64,000 bases of DNA from Squalus acanthias (taxonomy: Eukaryota), in the NCBI GenBank assembly GCA_030390025.1, contig CM059432.1:34164001-34228000 (forward strand), given 5' to 3'. Positions 59,493 to 64,000 of this stretch are shown here, one piece after another. Position numbers and translations under genes: made by a program. Under the pieces are notes generated by a model. The model saw nothing but the letters and a program-made list of their open reading frames with translations, was not told where the DNA came from and made no database searches. How positions within the stretch are numbered: the first letter of the stretch is position 1; each line of letters begins with the position of its first letter.

Positions 59493-62400
59493 AAGAACAT
59501 AAGAAATAGGAGCAAGAGGAGCAACTTAAATCCTTGGCCCTTCAAGCCTGATCTCCCATTCAAAAGGATCATGGCTGATCTTCTACTTCAACTCCACTTT
59601 CCTGCACTATCCCCATATCCCTTGAATCCCTTAATATTCAATAATCTATCGATCTCTGTCTTGAATATACTCAACGAATGCCCTCCTGGGTAGAAAATTC
59701 CAAAGATTCACCACCTTCTGAGTGAAGAAATTTCTCCTCATCTCAGTCCTAAATGGCCGACCCCTTATTCTGAGACTGTGACCCCTGATTCTAGACTCCC
59801 CAGCCAGGGGGAACATCCTCCCTGCATCTACCCTGTCAAGCCCTGTAAGAATTTTGTATGTTTCAATGAGATCACCTCTCATTTTTCTAAACTCTAGAGA
59901 ATATAGGCCTAGTCTACTCAATCTGTCCTCCGAGGACAATCCCCCCATCCCAGGAACCAGTCTGGTGAACCTTCGTTGCACTCCCTCTATGGCAAATATA
60001 TCCTTCCTTGGGTAAGGAGACCAAAACTGTACACAATACTCCAGGTGTGGTCTCACCAGGGCCCTATATAATTGCAGTAAGACGTCTTTACTCTTATACT
60101 CAAATCTTCTTGTAATAAAGGCCAACATACTTTTTGCTTTCTTAACTGCTTGCTGTACCTGCATGTTAACTTTCAGTGATTCGTGTACAAGGACACCCAG
60201 GTCCCTCTGAACACCAACATTTCCCAATCTCTCACCATTTAAAAAATACTCTGCTTTTCTATTTTTCCTACCAAAGTGGATAACTTCACATTTCTCCATG
60301 TTATATTCCATTTGCCATGTTTTTGCCCACTCACTTAGCCTGTCTATATCCCCTTGAAGCCTCCTTGCATCCTCCTCACAACTTACATTCCCACCCAGCA
60401 TTGTATCATCAGCAAACTTGGATATATTACATTTGGTCCCCTCATCCAAATTATTGATGTAGATTGTGAATAGCTGAGGCCCAAGCACTGATCCTTGCGG
60501 TGCCCCACTAGTTACAATCTGCCAACCCGAAAATGACCAGTTTATTCCTACTCTCTGTTTTCTGTCCGTTAACCAATCCTCAATCCATGCCAGTCTATTA
60601 CCCCCAATCCCATGAGCCCAAATTTTGTTTAATAACCTCTTGTGTGGCACCTTATTGAATGCCATCTGAAAATCCAAATACACCACATCTACTGGTTCCC
60701 CCTTATCAATTCTGCTAGTTACAACCTCAAAAAACTCCAACAGATTTGTCAAACCTGATTTCCCTTTCATAAATCCGTATTGACTCTGCCCAATCCGATT
60801 ATTATTTTCTAAGTGCCCTGTTACCACGTCCATAATAATAGATTCTAGTATTTTCCCTGCTACTGATGTCAGTCTAACTGGTCTGTAGTTCCCCGTTTTC
60901 TCTCTCCCTCCTTTCTTAAATAGTGGGGTTACATTTGCTACCTTTCAATCCGCGGGAACTGTTCCAGAATCTATGAAATTTTGGAAAATGACAACCAATG
61001 CATCCACTATCTCTATAGCCAACTCTTTCAAAACCCCAGGATATAGGCCGTCAGGTCCAGGGGATTTATTGGCTTTCAGTCCCATTAATTTCTCCAGTAC
61101 TACTTTTTTACTAATACTAATATCTTTCAGTTCCTCATTCTCACTAGACCCTTGGTTGTCCGCTATTTTCAGAAAGTTTTTTGCGTCTTCTTCCGTGAAG
61201 ACAGACAAAGTATTTGTTTAATTTCTCTGCCATTTCCTTATTGCCCATTATAATTTATCCTGTCTCAGCCTGTAAGGGACCCACATTTACTTTTGCTAAT
61301 CTTTTCCTTTTTACATATCTATAGAAGCTTTTACAGTCTGTTTTCATGTCCCTCCCTAGTTTACAAAGACAACACGGGGCATAGTGGTTAGCACTGGTGC
61401 CTCACAGCGCCAGAGACCCGGGTTCGAATCTGACCTCGGGTGACTGTCTGTGTGGAGTTTGCACATTCTCCCCGTGTCTGCGTGGGTTTCCTCCGGGTGC
61501 TCCGGTTTCCTCCCACAGTCCAAAAATGTGTGGGTTAGGTTGATTTGGCTATGATAAATTGACCCTTAGTGTTTGGGGGGATTAAATATGTGGGGTTATG
61601 GGGATAGGATGGGATATGTTAGGGGGAATTAAATACGTGGGGTTACGGGGGTAGGGTGGGATATGTGTACTGTGGGGATTAAAGCAGGGACAGGGTACTG
61701 GATTTGGATGATCAGCCATGATCGTATTGAATGGCGGAGCAGGCTCGACGGGCCGAATGGCCTACTCCTGCTCCTAGATTCTATGTTTCTATGTTTCTAT
61801 GTTTACTCTCATATTCTATTTTCCCTTTCTTTATCAATTTCTTGGTTCTCCTTTGCTGAATTCTAAAATCCTCCCAATCCTCAGGCTTACTGCTCTTTTT
61901 GGCAGCATTGTAAGCCTCTTCCTTTGATCTAATACTATCTTTAACTTCTCTTGTTAGCCACGGTTGGACCACTTTTCCTGTGGGGTTTTTGTGCCTTAAA
62001 GGAATGTATATTTATTGTAAATTATGTATTAATTCTTTAAATGCTAGCCATTGTTCATCCACTGTCATACCTTTTAATGTAGTTTCCCAATCTACCTTAG
62101 CCAACTCACCTCTCATACCTACGTAGTTTGCCTTGTTTAGATTTAAGACCCTAGTTTCGGATTTAACTACGTCACTTTCAAACTCAATATAAAATTCTAT
62201 CATATTATTGTCACTCTTCCCTAAAGGCCCCTTTACTACAAGGTTATTAATTAACCCTTTCTTGTTGCACAATACTAGATCTAAAATAACCTGTTCCCTA
62301 GTTGGTTCCTCAACATACTGATCTAGAAAACTATCTTGCATACATTCCATGAATTTGTCATCCACACTATTACTGCAAATTTGGTTTGCCCAGTCTATAT

Positions 62401-62612
62401 GTAGATTAAAGTCCCCCATGATTACTGTATTACCCTTGTTACAGCGCCTCTAATTTCCTGATTTATACCCTACCCTACATTACAACTATTGTTGAAGGGC
62501 CTGTAAACAACTCCCACCAATGTTTTCTGCCCCTTGCTGCTTCTTAGCTACACCCAAACTGATTCTACTTCTTGATTTACGGAGCTAAGATCCTTTCTCT
62601 CTACTGTCTTTA
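59493..62612 (-). mobile_element. CR1 LINE ORF2 (partial endonuclease, RT, 3' UTR), interrupted by a SINE
   Basis: ORFs 62012-62419 (MGDFNLHIDW...LDLVL), 60945-61208 (KSPGPDG) and 59646-60833 (RT); tail ttcttatg. Confidence 0.93.
61365..61800 (+). mobile_element. HE1-like V-SINE inserted in a CR1
   Basis: tRNA head, V-domain, CR1 tail; GTTTAC duplicated at 61359-61364 and 61801-61806; the CR1 frame (EYESKL|GRDMKTDCKSFY) resumes across it. Confidence 0.88.
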
Positions 62613-64000
62613 TAAGAACATAAGAAATAGGAGCAGGAAAAGGCCATTCGGCCCTTCGAGCCTGCTCTGCCATTCAATGAGATCATGGCTGATCTTCTGC
62701 CTCAATTCCATTCACCGTCTTTATCGCCATATCCCTTGATGCCCTTACTAGTCAGAAATCTATCGACTTCTGTTTTGAATATACCCAATGACTGAGCTGC
62801 CACAGCCCTCTGGGGTAGAGAATTCCAAAGATTCACCACCCTCTGTGTGAAGAAATTTCTTCTCATCTCAGTCCTGAATGGCCTACCCTTTATCCTGAGG
62901 CTGTGGCCCCTGGTTCTAGACTCCCCAGCCAAGGGAAACATTCTCCCAGCATCCACCCTATTAAGCCCTGTAATAATTTTATATGCTTCAATGAGATCCC
63001 CTCTCATTCTTCTGAATTCAAGAGAATACAGGCCTAGTTTACTCAATCTCTTCTCATATGACAGTCCCGCCATCCCAGGAATCAATCTCGTGAACCTCCG
63101 TTGCACTCCCTCTATGGCAAGTATATCTTTTCTTAAGTAAGGAGACCAAAATTCTACACAGTACTCTAGGTGTGGTCTCACCAAGGCCCTATATAATTGG
63201 AGTAAAACTTCTTTACTCCTGTACTCAAATCCTCTTGTAATGAAAGCCAGCCTTCCTAATGGCTTGCTGCACCTGCACATTCACTTTCAGTGACTCATGT
63301 ACAAGGACACCCAGACCCTTTGAGCATCTGCATTCCCCAATCTTTCACCATTTAGGAAATACTCTGCCTTTCTGTTATTTCTACCAAATTGGATAACTTC
63401 ACATTTATCCACATTATAATCCATCTGCCATGTTCTCGCCCACTCACTGAGCCTGTCGAGATCCCCTTGAAGCCTCTTCACATCCTCTTCACAACTGACA
63501 CTGCCACCTCGCTTTGTGTCATCAGCAAATTTGGAAATGTTACATTTAGTCCCCTCATCCAAATCATTGATATAGATTGTGAATAGCTGGGGCCCAAGCA
63601 CCGATCCTTGTGGTACCCCACTAGTCACAGCCTGCCATCCTGAAAAAGACCCGTTTATCCCTACTCTTTGTTTTCTGTCTGTTAACCAATTCTCAATCCA
63701 TGCTAGTATATTACCCCCAATTCCATGTGCCCTAATTTTGTTCACCAACCTCTTGTGTGGGACCTTATCGAAGGTCTTCTGAAAATCCAGATACACCACA
63801 TCTACCAGTTCCCCTTTGTCTACGCCACTAGTTACATCCTCAAAGAACTCCAATAGGTTTGTCAAACAGGATTTCCCTTTCATAAATCCATGTTGACTCC
63901 CGCCACCCCGCTTCATTAGTTTAAAACCCTGTCCACTGCCCTAGTTATTCGGTTCGCCAGGACACTGGTCCCAGCCCGGTTTAAGTGGTGCCCGTCCCAA
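62613..64000 (-). mobile_element. CR1 LINE with internal deletion: ORF1 end joined directly to RT; runs off window end
   Basis: 64000-63916 reads WDGHHLNRAGTSVLANRITRAVDRVLN* (SGNH esterase-like ORF1 end); RT ORFs 63287-63916 and 62702-63280 follow. Confidence 0.88.

Noticed and set aside
59646..60833. Functional reverse transcriptase gene (also 23964-25016)
   Set aside because: Truncated or interrupted CR1 copies with upstream stops and frameshifts; not autonomous

Overview
Eukaryotic, repeat-dominated DNA, very probably from a cartilaginous fish (shark). The taxon is inferred from HE1/V-SINEs, Deu-domain SINEs and abundant CR1/L2 LINEs. No host protein-coding gene can be named; there are only weak exon and promoter candidates near 12.2 kb, 27.8-30.4 kb and 36.5 kb. 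The most notable feature is an apparently complete PIF/Harbinger DNA transposon (7501-11778). It has 12-bp TIRs, a TTG target-site duplication (TSD), an intact 386-aa DDE transposase and a convergent three-exon Myb/SANT-like gene that splices into one open 486-aa frame. Around it are three decayed Harbinger relatives and about ten Harbinger-type MITEs with mostly A/T-rich 3-bp TSDs and recurring internal hairpins. Also present are a palindromic Penelope-type insertion with two back-to-back minimal hammerhead ribozyme motifs, a candidate solo LTR, many nested LINE/SINE fragments and large micro/minisatellites, including a 1.3-kb G-rich array. All calls come from manual reading; boundaries of old repeats are approximate.
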